The notes beneath the pieces were generated by a model that did not search any database, was not told the origin of the DNA, and saw only the letters and a list, made by a program, of their open reading frames with translations. Shown one piece after another: positions 50,426 through 63,302 of a stretch of 64,000 nt of DNA; positions within the stretch are counted from its first letter, which is position 1, and each line of letters starts with the position of its first letter. Origin of the DNA: Podarcis pityusensis (lineage: Eukaryota); the NCBI GenBank assembly GCA_964106645.2, contig OZ067046.1; one strand, given 5' to 3'. A program made the translations under genes and the position numbers.

Positions 50426-51668
50426 AAACCATCAATAATCAAGCTCTCAACAATGGGGGGGGGGGGGGAGGGAGAAACAAGACCCTACCCCACAAATAAT
50501 TTATTGGTAAAAATTGGTTCTGGCTGTATCTATGCTTCTAAGATTCCATTCCACAACAAAAAGGTGATAAATAGGCAGCCCTAAACACGAAGTATTGTAA
50601 GTCAACAACCTTAGGTGATAGCTTATGGGCAGCAGAATGGGAGACACACTAATGTTGCCAACAAAAACATAGCTAAAAGTGAAATTCAAAGTGGATTTGA
50701 GGGAATCTGGGGAATTTAGAATCTTAAGATGATATCTGCTGCTTCAAACCAAAGGTCCATCTACTTCAGTATTCTGCTTTCACCATGTCCAACAAGATAC
50801 TTACGGGGAGCCTGCAAACATGTCCAATGAATGCTTGGGGACTTGCTTACGGGGGTTCTGGAGTTTGCTAAAAACAAACGTCCAAGCAAATTTGGTGGTC
50901 CCTGCTTCAGGGGAAAATCTGAGAAATTCTGGACGTGTTTCAGAAAGATTCGTAAAATTTCTGAGGAGATTTTGCACAGGTCACAGAAAGACAGATCTGA
51001 CCTATGGAGTCAAATTCATGGCTAGTGCTCTTTCGCAGGTCCCATTAATTTTAGTGGAATTTGTGCAGGTGAACTTTCAAGCACAATAATCAGCTAAAGA
51101 AAGAGAAGATGCATTCAGATTTTCTACCCCAGGAACCATTTTATCTTTCTATCACTCACTCATCCTAAAGCAGCAAAATATGGATGTCATAAGAAAGTAC
51201 ATGCTGGAAGTGTAGCAGATAAGTTTCCTTGTTCCTTCATAATTGCTTTTTATTATTGGGTGTTGTTGTTTTTTTAAATGTATATCTGTTTTCCTTTAGG
51301 GAGTGGGTGGGGGTGAGTGAGGAGAGGTGATAATTTGTATCTTAAGAGCACTATCATTTAAGAAATAGAAAACGATGAGAAAACCTTCCCCCTTCTTATA
51401 ACAGCGACAGTCATTTTATAGCACAATTGCCGCTAGACCAAATATGTGGCAGACCAAGGAGTGAAGCTCCTGAGGGGGGAAATATACTCTCAAGCTCTGC
51501 AAGTGCTCCATAATCAATAAAAATCGTTATGGCTTGGGAAACAACTACTAAGAAAAATAATTCATTAAATTAATTAATATATTATTTACATTCAGCTGCT
51601 TTTAATAAACTGAAGTCAGCCCTATTAACTTCTTACTCCCTGGTAAGTTTGTATACTTCTGGGAGTCA

Positions 51669-51812
51669 CAGAATCATAGAACTGTAGAGGTGGAAGGGAC
51701 CCTGAGGGTCATCTAGTCCAACCCCCTGCAATGAATAAATCTTGTCCACAGCCAGTCCTGGGTGGGCTCGAAACACCAACCTTCTGATTAACAGCCAGAC
51801 ACACTGACCTAT
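51669..51812 (-). mobile_element. SINE with tRNA-Asn-like head and CR1-type tail
   Basis: Minus strand GGCTGTTAATCAGAAGGTTGGTGTTTCGAGCCCACCCAGG resembles tRNA-Asn(GTT); tail ends TTCTATGATTCTG. Confidence 0.75.
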
Positions 51813-52943
51813 CATGGAGAGTAAAGGGCCAGTGAATGTGTGTCCCTGCCCCCATGAATCATAATGGCCAGATTCCCAGATTTATTTCTTATAAAAAGCA
51901 AGCTACTATCTTTTGCAGAACCTGAGATAAGAGGCAAAACGTGCAGGCAATTCTCTCTCTTTTTTTTGTAGGCGGGGAGAAAATAGCCTGCTCTCCCACT
52001 TCACTTCTCTCCTACCCTGGAATTTTTTTTCTGTGGTTGCACTTGCTGAGGGTAAACTCCATTGAACATTATGAGACTTTTTCCTCAGTAAACATAGGAT
52101 TGCACTGAAAATATTTTCCCCAATGAAAAGCAAGATCAAGTTGTGGAGCTCCCTTCCACAGGCAAATGTTCAGCTATCCTCCCTGCCCCGCCCCACCCCT
52201 CTTTGAAGAAAGGTAGCACTTATCTGATTGGCACCAAAGGGCTGAATAATTGGACATACATTTCATCTGAAAAGTAAACTCTTTAAAAGGTTTTTGGAAC
52301 AGGCAAATGGAAAATTTAGCATTTCTTTCTTGAAATAGCTGGATGAATCATACTCAGCTAGCAGAGAGGAGACTGTTAATTATTTTTATTTTGTAAATTA
52401 CAGGGAAATTTACCACAAGATTTTGTCTCTCTGCCTTTCATCTTATGTGTGAAAATATACAGGAAACGCACATTCAAAGAAAAGGATACATGCTGATTTT
52501 TTAAAAAATAAATATGAGATTGTCAAATCCAGACAGACGTTTTCAAAATAGAGGTATTCTTTCCAACAGGGGAAAGATAAAATATATTAAAGAAGATGGA
52601 TATCTATTGTATATGAAACAGAACTATGACTCATTTGCTGTGTGGCTTTGGTCAAGGTTTCATATTGTATCTCAGAAGAAACAAATAAACCATTCAAATT
52701 AAGCTCAGAAAGATCAGAAGACTCAATTAAAAAAACACCTTTTTAGATAAAGCAGTAGAATGCTGCAAAAGCAATGCACAAAAATCAACACTACCATGAG
52801 TAAGAAATTTATTTGAATAGCATTTTAGATTTTATCTTACTCATGGGCTCTAGATTCTGCATTTAATCACCATTCAGCCCCACTATTTAACCCCGCCCAA
52901 GAAGTATTTTTTGTGAAAGTGCGTGGGGTGAAGGGGGCAAGCA

Positions 52944-53231
52944 CCATCTTCAAATATCTCAAGGGCTGTCACCATGGAAGAGGGAACAAGCTTGTTTATG
53001 GAGGGAAAGACTCAAACCAATGGATTTAAGTTACAAGAACAGAGATTCCAACTAAACCTCAGGAAGAACTTTCTGACAGTATGAGCTGTTTGACAGTGGT
53101 CTCCTTCGAAAGGTGGTGGACTCTCCTTCCTTGGAGGATTTTAAGCAGATGTTGGATGGCCACCTGTCATGGATGCTTTAGTTGAGATTCCTGCATTGCA
53201 GGGGTTTGGTCTACAATTCTATGCTTCTGTG
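52944..53231 (+). mobile_element. CR1 LINE 3' end
   Basis: Degraded ORF2 end (IFKYLKG...RKNFLTV...PSLEDFKQMLD) and ATTCTATG tail. Confidence 0.8.
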
Positions 53232-53312
53232 TCATCTGCTGGCTGGAATATCCACAACACAGTGATCCTGACCACTTCAACATGCGTGCACCCAATCGGT
53301 ACTCCAGATTAC

Positions 53313-53559
53313 TGTTATGTACTGAAGTTCTCACCCTGGGCCAGCAGGAGGATACTGTAGATAGTTATGCAAATAAGGGATCGAAAGTGACGTTCAGTGA
53401 TTGGATAGTTTTAGAAAATTGTTACAGTTACGTTGTACTGGAGCTCTATATAAGCAGGCTAACTGAACCCTTCAGTTCAGTTCTGTTCTGACCTGTGAAT
53501 AAACAAGAGCTGTTTGAAGAATCGCTGTGTCGTCTGATATGTTCACCCACAACTTAACA
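53313..53559 (+). mobile_element. Solo LTR family B, copy 2
   Basis: TGTTA...TAACA ends, 5-bp TSD ATTAC. Confidence 0.88.
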
Positions 53560-54449
53560 ATTACTGAGTTCAATCCATGTGCTGGCTTTCAAATTCACCA
53601 CACAAATGTCTGCACAAATGTGTGCAGCGTAATGTGGGAACAGCTCCAACTTTCCCAAAGGATGGGAAAATCTGCAAGGGAACTAGCTGTTGTTGACGGC
53701 ACCTGAGAGAATGGAGCCCAGTTTCCCTATCGAAGGAAACCTTTAGGCAGCCAAGGGCACAGACTCTGCTAGAGATTTCACATAATTCTTCTGTCGTATT
53801 TCACATAATGCAGCACCGGGCATCAAGGCACTGATGTTCAAATGGACATCAAATTACTTGTGCTTATGAAGAACTATTATCTGGCTGCCTCATTATTACA
53901 CTCTGAGGTTCATATGTATCCATTAACCATGCCTTTGTTCTCTTCCACCGATTCCTTAAATTCCGGCTCATAAAAGAGGCTCATTTAACCCCCTGTCTCT
54001 TATTCTTCCTTCATCCTTCTAACATTTGGAACATCAAGCCTGCAACATTTCTACCTGTGCAGTTTGCTTCTTGCTGTTCCTTCATAACTTTCAGACTATG
54101 AGCCTTTGGAAGATCCATTTGTCATCTTTTATATCTACAACACTATTTTACCCATCCTATGTCTGTTCCGACAGGCTGACCTGCACCTCTAAATAAAGAT
54201 GCCTTCCTATAGCATGGGTATTGTGCTGTTTCCCCATCCACAAGCTGCTGCAAATATTGATAAAGGCTTATGAATGGAGCTAGTGATAGAAATGTTATGT
54301 GTCAAAGGAAGCTGTATGTGTTCATCTACAATGCACTAGTGGGGGGGACTTTTTGTAATCAGCAAGTGTTTGAAGTGAAATAACAAAATGCCTCTATGCA
54401 TGGTATTTTTATTTGATTTTATCATGTATTTTGTTCTGACTGACATATA

Positions 54450-54675
54450 CAGTGGTACCTCGGGTTAAGTACTTAATTCGTTCCGGAGGTCCATACTTAA
54501 CCTGAAACTGTTCTTAACCTGAAGCACCACTTTAGCTAACGGGGCCTCCCACTGCTGCCGCGCAGCCGGAGCACGATTTCTGTTCTCATCCTGAAGCAAA
54601 GTTCTTAACCTGAAGCAATATTTCTGGGTTAGCAGAGTCTGTAACCTGAAGCGTATGTAACCCGAGGTACCACTG
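54450..54675 (-). mobile_element. MITE family A, inverted copy
   Basis: Same TIRs and TA flanks; interior is the reverse complement of the 28027 copy. Confidence 0.9.
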
Positions 54676-55725
54676 TACTAGCAATAAGGACCTTGCTGGT
54701 GGGACCTACAGTTGTCTTAATACTTGCATTTAGCCAAGCTCTTGGGGGAACTTTCTTCTATGAGGTCCTATTAAATGTTCTCATTAATAAATTTCTGTCA
54801 GTTCTCTTTCAATATCTCCTGAGAACCGGAAACCAAGCACTAAACCTGCATGTTCTAAATCAGTGTTTTCCAACCGTGGCCCCCTTCTGACCTGGTTTCC
54901 TTCCTGTGGCCCTATGCACCAGCAGAACAGACTTTTGCCTGCGTATCTCCTTCTCACTGTAAACCCTGCAGAACATATCAGGGAGGAGTTTTCTACTTTC
55001 AGGGAGATTTTCACATTCAGATACACACACAAACCTACAGCCCAGGGAAAGCTTTTCCATTTGCTTGTGCTGATTTTTATCAAGTTTTTCTTAGTTAACT
55101 GACAGCTTGTGACTGAATGGAACTCATCACCACCCATGCATTGGGACTTGACAGATGCGTGACAAGCCTCTTTACTGCTTGCCTTGGGCTGCCAACAGGT
55201 GGTTTCAAAGACATATACCTTAAATCGGGAAGGTTAATCACTCTTTTTTTAAAGAAGTAAAATAAAAAGTCTTCCTGTCTTCCTATCTCCCTAATTGATC
55301 CTTTGTCCTCTGGAGATGGGAGTACATTTTAAGACTGTCTTGAGTGTTGGTTTATATTTTGTCATTACATCAGATAACTGTTAATTATTCAATCATGATT
55401 TGATCGAGTTTTAACTTCTGATTATGTTCAGTTTAGTGGGTTCTAAGTTGTGCAGACTTCACGTAGCACAAACAAGAGTATCTGACCATGTGGTCAGTGC
55501 TTCACCTAATTTTATGTGTGGCCTTAGTGCTGCAGTAGGGCTATGAAGAACGCTGCCAGAAACTGTAAATTGCAAATACACACACTTAGAATGAATCTAC
55601 TTTCCTAACAGCGTGACATTTTGCATAGCAATAGGGTCAGCAGAAGGAAGGAAAGATGATGAAACAAGAAAAATTAAAAGATTTGAACTGCAACACCTGT
55701 AGTCATGTCGCTTTCTAATTCTTAC

Positions 55726-55861
55726 CTGAAGGGTTTTGACTTTGCCTAGGATGTTTTCTTGTGACATTGCTTGAAGAGACTCCTCACTCTCTGTTCGCCC
55801 ATCAGGTATAAAAATACTCTCATGGGAAAAGGCCCGTGTTCCCATACTATGATTGGAAGAC
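55726..55861 (-). CDS. CRACD: CRACD exon SSNHSMGTRAFSHESIFIPDG...MSQENILGKVKTLQ
   Basis: cttcag acceptor, cag|gtaaga donor; matches recalled human KIAA1211 start MGTRAFSHDSIFIPDG. Confidence 0.95.
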
Positions 55862-57389
55862 CTGAAGCACAAGACATAGAGGATTTTATTTTGTAAAAGC
55901 ATCTCTGCCATTTCTCATGGCACTGCTTCCCCAAATTAATGTATGTATGTATTTAAAACCGTGTCCTAACTGGTTTTGAAGGTTCAAGGTGGGAGGTAAA
56001 ATATTTAATTTGCATTCTATTCACAACTTTTCTTCCACAGCTTACATTTTCTGCAAGTACCATTTGGTGAATATGGAAAAGGCCAATGAGCACGATATAT
56101 ATCTGTAGTATACAAATCATGGCACAAAAAATATACAAGCTCTTACAAGGAATTACTACATACTAGTTTTTACGCACATGTGATGGTACCTTACTAGATC
56201 ATACTCAGAGCAGACCCACTGAAATTGATGAATATCAGTTAGTTATGACTTCAGTTTCAAATACAGAGAATAAATAAGCTCAGGTCAATCCTGAATTTGT
56301 TTTGTCCAAAGTCTATCAGTGATGCATTTTCTTGAGTTAAAAAGTTTTAATTTGGACTTTGATCACTCAAAATTCATTCCATATGCCATTGTATACTCAT
56401 TCTAATATCAGTTTATGGACTGTTAATATGGTCCAATGCCTCCACACTCACAATGTCTGTGCTGGCAGTGGAACTGTTCAATCTACTGACATTGCTGAAA
56501 TCATGGCAGCTGAGCAGACACATGGTTGCTCAAAGCAAGCAGAGCCCTGCCCATCAGCCGACAGTGGCTCTGCTTATTCCCAAAGAGACTGTACATAGGA
56601 TGTATGAATCAGCCATACGTTATCCTGCACCACTAGTCACACATTAATCCACATGAGTGGTAAAATATATATAATCAAGGGCAATTTACCATTTGTATTT
56701 TGAATGCTTGATTTCCTTGAAATGAAATTATGAAGCAAAACAGAGCAAAAGTCAACGGGAATGTAGATTTCAAAGGCTTTCCAATTCCCAGTTATAGGAG
56801 AGATGAAAATTTCTTCTTGCTGTTATATAATTACGATATGAAAAGCTTTTGTCTTTGAAAACTTAGTAAACCATTAATAAGATCCTTTGGAACAAATGCA
56901 AATTGACTGAAGCATTTCCCCCCTAAATATAAATCAAAGCAGAAGCAAGGCATTATATATAATATAAAATGCAGCTAGTTGTACCAGACAGAGGCCACGT
57001 CCGCAGAGTTAAGAACTCTCTTGAGCTGGACTTGGCTAGTAAGCTTTAAAATAGTTCAGTACATCATGCTATCACAATTTTTAAGAGCTACAAGAAGCAC
57101 TGGACACCTTCATAAGGCTTGACAGTTTCTGCTTGAGACACTAAATAATTGTTTACTGCTGAAGTCTACCAGTCATTGAGCATAATCAAGCCAATGTAAA
57201 ACATGTTGATGTCTTACTTATTTCAGCAGGGGAGGTTTAAGCACTTGCCTGGTTCTGGCACTAGAATCAGCAAGCCTTAAACGTGCTCAACTTCACTAGG
57301 ATCATACCCAGTGTTGAGAATAACTCAGAGTTGCAGAGAATTCAATACACAAGGGAGTAAAATGCTGTGTCAATAAAGACAACACAGTA

Positions 57390-57631
57390 CAGTGGTACCT
57401 CGGGTTAAGTACTTAATTCGTTCCAGAGGTCCGTACTTAACCTGAAACTGTTCTTAACCTGAAGCATCACTTTTGCTAATGGGGCCTCCTGCTGCCGCCA
57501 TGCTGCTGGAGCACAATTTCTGTTCTTATCCTGAAGCAAAGTTCTTAACCTGAAGCACTATTTCTGGGTTAGCGGAATCTGTAACCTGAAGCATATGTAA
57601 GCTGAAGCATATGTAACCCGAGGTACCACTG
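57390..57631 (-). mobile_element. MITE family A, inverted copy
   Basis: Same TIRs and TA flanks. Confidence 0.9.
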
Positions 57632-57765
57632 TATTTTAGTACATATTGCACTATACATGCATGTAGAAGAGGACTTCATTTTAGAAACCTTATCTACATC
57701 TAAAGAATCTCAATTTGAAAACAGATGCGACAATAATTTAGACATAATTTATTAATATCGTATCA

Positions 57766-57866
57766 GATTCCAGAGGGGGTAGCCATGACAGTCTGTTGCA
57801 GCAAGAACAACAAAGAATATTGCGGCACCTTAAAGACTAACTAGTCTTTTAAGGCATAAGCTTTCA
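57766..57866. mobile_element. Penelope-like retroelement fragment; second copy near 63786-63895
   Basis: TTCCAGAGGGGGTAGCCAT..AGTCT.TTGCAGCAA...TATTG.GGCA shared by both loci; family call from recall. Confidence 0.5.
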
Positions 57867-60800
57867 TCCTACCTCCCCCCCCCAAAAAAAAAGGCTGTGT
57901 GTGGAGAATTGCCTGACAGTGCCAGAACTTTCTTTGACGTTTTCTCCACAGTTCTTCAAACAGCTAAACAGTCAATCCGCTATTTGGCTTAAAAGCGGCT
58001 TGCCTTTTCGGCTGCCTTTCTTGCAGCGGTGGAGATGTCAAAGAAAATCCTGGTTGTGTGTGCAGTTCCACAAGTGACTTATCTGGATCACAAATTCCAA
58101 TTATAGACTTCATAGTGGCGCTTCCTGATCTATTTGTAAAGAAAACACATCAACATCTGACCTACTGCCTGCAACCCTAGTACACTGATCTAGTGGGCAA
58201 GTATTACATAAAAGTAAGGAGCACTATTAGAGGCCAGAAGTACAGTTATAACATAGGAAAATTCACTTTATCGGTTTAATTAGAGATCTGTGGCGCCATT
58301 CCAGCAGGTAACTCTGGTAGCAGCAGTGCCTAATGAGTTTTTTAACTACATGGGGTAATGTCTGGAGAGTATTACATCTCTGAACAACCAATGATACTAT
58401 ACACAGGTGGCCAATGTTATAAATATTTATTTTAAAATGTGTAACCCGCTGGTTATTATAAAATAATACTCAGAACTATTAATAAAATACAGAAAACAAA
58501 ACAAAAATTGCTCAAATAAAAAACAAAAAAAACCTCATGAAACAGGGGAAGAACTTTTTGAGCATAGTGGTTTGTTTGTGTCTAGTTGAGAGAAGATGAC
58601 AATTCAAAAAATAAATAAATAATTTGCTCTTCTACACACTTAATTCTCCAGTCCATTCTAGATACGATCCATCTTTAATCTTTCAACGATTCTATGATTG
58701 TGCCCTTTCCTCTTATGATACTTTATGGCTATATCCGCTACATATCCTGGTGGGTATTTCTATATGCGACTATGTTTACGGTTCACCTACTGTGACAAGA
58801 ATATATTTCCAAGTATAGCGATTTATCTATATTGCGTCCTTGCTGTGCTCCTGCGCAATTCTAAGACCATTACCATCTTTTGGAAACCTCAAGCTGCCAC
58901 ATATTTTTAGGAGTGTAGAAACCTGCCTCCCACTCCCTTATTGAAGCATTTGCAAATAGCAACAAGAAAATGAAAAAGAATGCGAGTAACATTCTGCAGT
59001 GTGCTGGCACCCATATGCCTTCTTGTTTTTACCCCTTCCAGAGAAAATAATTCCAAAATAATATCACTTTTGGGGTGCCAAATTATTGGGGTTTGGGTTT
59101 TTTTTTATTTAAAAAAATCCTGACAATGAATAAAGCACTGCTTGGAGCAAGGTCCTACTGTGCACTGAACAATCCTTTTACTAAAACGGCATGATAATAC
59201 TATGACAACAGTTGCCATGATACATGTGAGTGACTCTTCAGATACTTGCGATCACTGCATCCAAGGCTGAGCTCACATTGGTGTTTTTATCAGAAATTTG
59301 ACTGTGAATTACTGTGGTGGAATAGCCGCTTGCCTCTGTCTGTGGGGTGGCGGCAGTTGCAGTTCAGCCTGAGTCGTGACAACAAATGTCCACCCAAGAT
59401 CAGAGCAACCAGGGAAGGACGTAATTTCCTCCTCCCATGAACCCCAATGACTTCTGGGAGCTCGCCCACAATTCTAGCCAATTGCGGGTGAGCTTGGGGG
59501 TGTGGCTTGGTGAGTGGACTGAGTGCAACCCTTGCCCTCTGGCTTCACTCTTGTCTGTTCTCTGGACATAAAAGTAAGCTGCATCCTGGCATTTCTCTCA
59601 GTTAGAGCTTGGAGGGTCCAACTCGAGTGGTGGATAAGGCTTAGGGTTGGATCCTTGAGTCTGGTTAGACGGCACAGTTGGAATCCTGACAGTCCAGGGA
59701 ATCAGGGTATCCCATTGAAAGCATCCAGGGTGGAGGGGCTTCTGTTCACATGCCCAGAAGGGGCCTGACAGGCCATAGCTCCACCCAGGTGGGCAGGGTC
59801 ACCCTGATTTGGTGTGTTCCATAGGGTGATCCATTATGCCTTGGTTAACCATGGCAAGATAATCAACCAGCAGTTGGGTTGGTTGATTCACGATACACAC
59901 CCAATGCTTGCACCAAAACTTGTGAAATTGATACAGTTTTGGCTGGTTTAAATCCCCAATGCTTGTCCTGTGTTTATTGCAGTCTGGGGCTCACCAGCTA
60001 TGGCTCCACTGTGCCTTGGGCCCGTAATGCACAACAGAACTGAAACATGCACTATCTGCAAGAGGCTTAACTACCATGAGAACAATGCAATGCAAGATGC
60101 TAAAGGGAAGAAGTAAGCACTCCAAGAAATAAACAGGAAATGAAGTCTGGCAATATCTCTCATATGTATCTCATATATTAGTCTCATTGCATGAAGCAAA
60201 CATGCAAAAAAAAAAGTTTGAGAGGCCACAAAAATACACCAAAATGTACTCTCAATCATGTTAACCTGTAATTTCACCATTTTCTATGCTTGTAGTATTT
60301 GAGTTACACGTTTGCTGGTTCCTTCATTGACTACCTTGGCCTAACTGGTGAATCACTTTGCAGCATCAATGATCAAGAGAGCAGCTGGAGATTGTTTATT
60401 GCAGCTTCAACCTTTACAAACATACTGTGGGATGAGGAATAGTTTATGCAACCCAATTTCACAGTTGGAAATATCCTTCCTTATGCAAAATCTTATAATA
60501 AAAAAAGGCTGTAACTTTTTAATGATATCATACATTCTGCATCAGCACCTTCCAGAAATGCTAGCTTTGAGAAAATAAGATACTTGCCTGCAGAAAAAAA
60601 ATGTGTTTATAATCTCTTTTGTATTTTCAGAGGCAAGATTGGAGTCAGCTCATATATGGATTATTGCAGATATGTCCAACCCCTCTGAGATATAACTGGT
60701 TAGAGCCAGGATGGAGAACACCTTCCAGATGTTGTTGGACTCCAACTTCTATCATCCTTGATCATGATGGCTGGGGCTGATGGAAGTGGAGCCCAATAAC

Positions 60801-61727
60801 ATCAGGGAGGGCCACAGACTCCTTGTCATTGGATTAGAGTGTTAGACTTGGACTGCATAGATCTGAATGCGAATCCCTTCTCAGCCATGAGCCTCATTTG
60901 GTGGTCAAGTGTCAAGTTATTCTCCCTAACCTATCTCACAGGATGGCTGGGAGCATAAAGAGAGAGATATGTTTCAGACATGCTGCACTCAGAAAAGCAG
61001 AACACAATTGTGACAAATAATTAAAAGTACCTGAGTGCCAAATATATAATGAGAAGAAAGGCAAGAAAGGGGAAATGTGCAGCTCCAGATAAATAGCATG
61101 TACAATATTAGGCTTAATATTACACTTAGATATAAGGACAAAAGCAATTTGTTAAATATTTCTGTAAGATTATTAATTTTGAATTCACAGACTCAATAGG
61201 CTTTGTATGGCTCCCAGTCAACATGGTGGATGTATCAAGCTGAGAGTTCCCACAAACAGATTTGGCAGCCAGTCACTTCAAAGTTAAACATCAAGTACCC
61301 TTGCTTTTAATAATAATAAAAAATGAATGCCTAAATTTACATGCCTAAATCCTCTGTAACTAAGAAATCTGAAACAAACATTCCTCAAGTATGGAAACCA
61401 CTGAATTAATTCCAATTCAGACCCCAGATCCTCCAAAGTTTGGGCCTGCTCAGTTAAGCCACTTTCTCAGCCTTCTCGACCTACTTCTTTATACCATCTG
61501 AATTTATTTGATGTTGGTGGCATCAGGAACCGGAAGGGCTCTGTTAGACCCAATGCTCCATGAACCCTTGGAAGGACAGTTCCCATTACTTTTGATACCA
61601 CACTAGGAATGTCAGGAGATCTGGAAAATTCAGGTTCCTAGTACTTAAACATTGCTAAACTGGTGCTCTGTCCACTACCGCTGACCCTGTGGGCAAATAA
61701 GAAAGTGAAGTGCGCTGTGGCAGAGAA

Positions 61728-62171
61728 TAGGGGGGAGAAAATCGATTCAGTTTGCTTTGAAACCCAAATCAAATCGACACTTTCCTAAACAATATGAGAA
61801 CAGAAAGTCAGGAATCCTTTGAAATTCACACTTATCCAGATTTTGCAATGCAGTTATCAGACCAAATGTTGACACGTATGCATATATTGGGGGGGAAATG
61901 TGTATTTAAATGAATATATCAGTGAAAATATCATACAAAAATGCATTGTATTAGGCTTCCATTGCTTGCAAGAATGTCTACATTAGCCCAAACGACATAC
62001 TAACATGTGTTTATGGGGGGTGGGGGTTCACGCTAAAATGTTGAATAATTTTCACAAGGACTTTTCAAATAAAATAAATCACAAATTGCTGCAGAAATAT
62101 GGAGAATTGCATTTAAGATTGGAAAAAAATAAAACCCAAGAGAACCAAAATGTACAGATTCTTCCATCTCT
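61728..62171. mobile_element. Old AT-rich hAT-like element; related fragments near 47341-47762 and 28990-29250
   Basis: TAGGG...TCTCTA ends and shared TACAAAAATGCAT/CTAAAATG motifs across the three loci. Confidence 0.5.
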
Positions 62172-62529
62172 AATGGAGGAAAGTGGCAACAGAAGAAGCC
62201 TATTCTGCTGCACATCTGAGGTGCAAAGGAGCTGAGATTCAGAATGAGTTTGAAAATAGAATGATTTCCTTCCCATTTCAGGGATGGGAATAAATTGTTC
62301 TACCCGAGCTCATTTCAAACTGAGCAAGGGTGAGGGGAGAAACTCACCTATCATTACTTACAATTTCTTTCCTCATGCATTTGCTGAACATTTATGTATT
62401 TATGTCTTTATTTAAGAGTGTATAAATGTTAAATGGTTTCATGCATGAAGTTCCTGCTGTGTGCGTAGGGGGAGGGGAGCTATCTCCAAGTTTATCTTTT
62501 GTAAAACACCTACGTTTTTATGAAGATTA

Positions 62530-62793
62530 CCCGCTCTGGGATCCCACAGCTATTCTCCCCTGGTCTCCTCGCTGGCCCAAATAGGACTAATTTAGCCAGC
62601 TAGCCCTGGTGATCATCTAATGTTTATTGGATGGACTTTCCCCCTAAATTAGTTTTTTATTTTTTATTTTATTTTCACATTTTATACCGTATTTTATGCT
62701 GTTTTTTATAGCATCAATTAAGTGTTTTAAATTTGTTGTTAGCCGCCCTGAGCCCGGTTTTCTGAACAGGGAAGGGCAGGGTATAAATAAAAA

Positions 62794-62832
<39 letters not shown>

Positions 62833-62840
62833 TTATTATT
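62530..62840 (+). mobile_element. L2-type 3' UTR/tail with (TAT)n microsatellite
   Basis: Same GTTGTTAGCCGCCCTGAGCCCGG...ATAAAT(TAT)n end as near 30740-30820; 5' boundary approximate. Confidence 0.7.
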
Positions 62841-63136
62841 ACATAGCTATAGGTCCACCAGTTAACTTTATAGTAATATTTAAACAAACACCTTATAATA
62901 TTCAGTGTTTAGCACATTGGGATGCAAAACCTGCAATCCTGAAATCAGTCCCTTGGGAGTCATCAAATTACAGAAGCACTTACTCCAAAAGAACTGCACT
63001 GAAGTAATAGCTGACAAAATGCAAAAGGGCCATGCTTGATTCAAATAAGAATTCTCAGTATAGCTACCATTTTTCTTCCAGGCAGGCTCAGGACAAAAGG
63101 TGCATCAGCAATGGCAAAATACACAAGTTTCATTAC

Positions 63137-63302
63137 CTCAGACCACTGTTTGTCTCTTCATCGGAAGACAGTCCATTGCAGACATTTCCAAAGGAACTGC
63201 TTGGTTTCAGCTTGGTGTCCTCTTGGTCTGGGGTCGCCTCCCGTTTTTTCCTCCTACCAAAAAACTTCTTAAAAGGCTGGAATTTGCTTGCTTTTTTCTT
63301 GT
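63137..63302 (-). CDS. CRACD: CRACD upstream exon, in frame: KKKASKFQPFKKFFGRRKKREATPDQ...SSDEETNSGL
   Basis: ctgcag acceptor, ag|gtaatg donor; no stops; phase joins exon 55861; basic motif resembles the N-terminus of paralog CRACDL as recalled. Confidence 0.8.

Noticed and set aside
42269-53559. Two same-orientation LTRs as ends of one provirus
   Set aside because: The interval contains CRACD exons and no gag/pol; the second LTR has its own TSD (ATTAC), so these are independent solo LTRs
59300-59830. GC-richer LTR-like segment
   Set aside because: Could not define ends or a TSD; left unclassified
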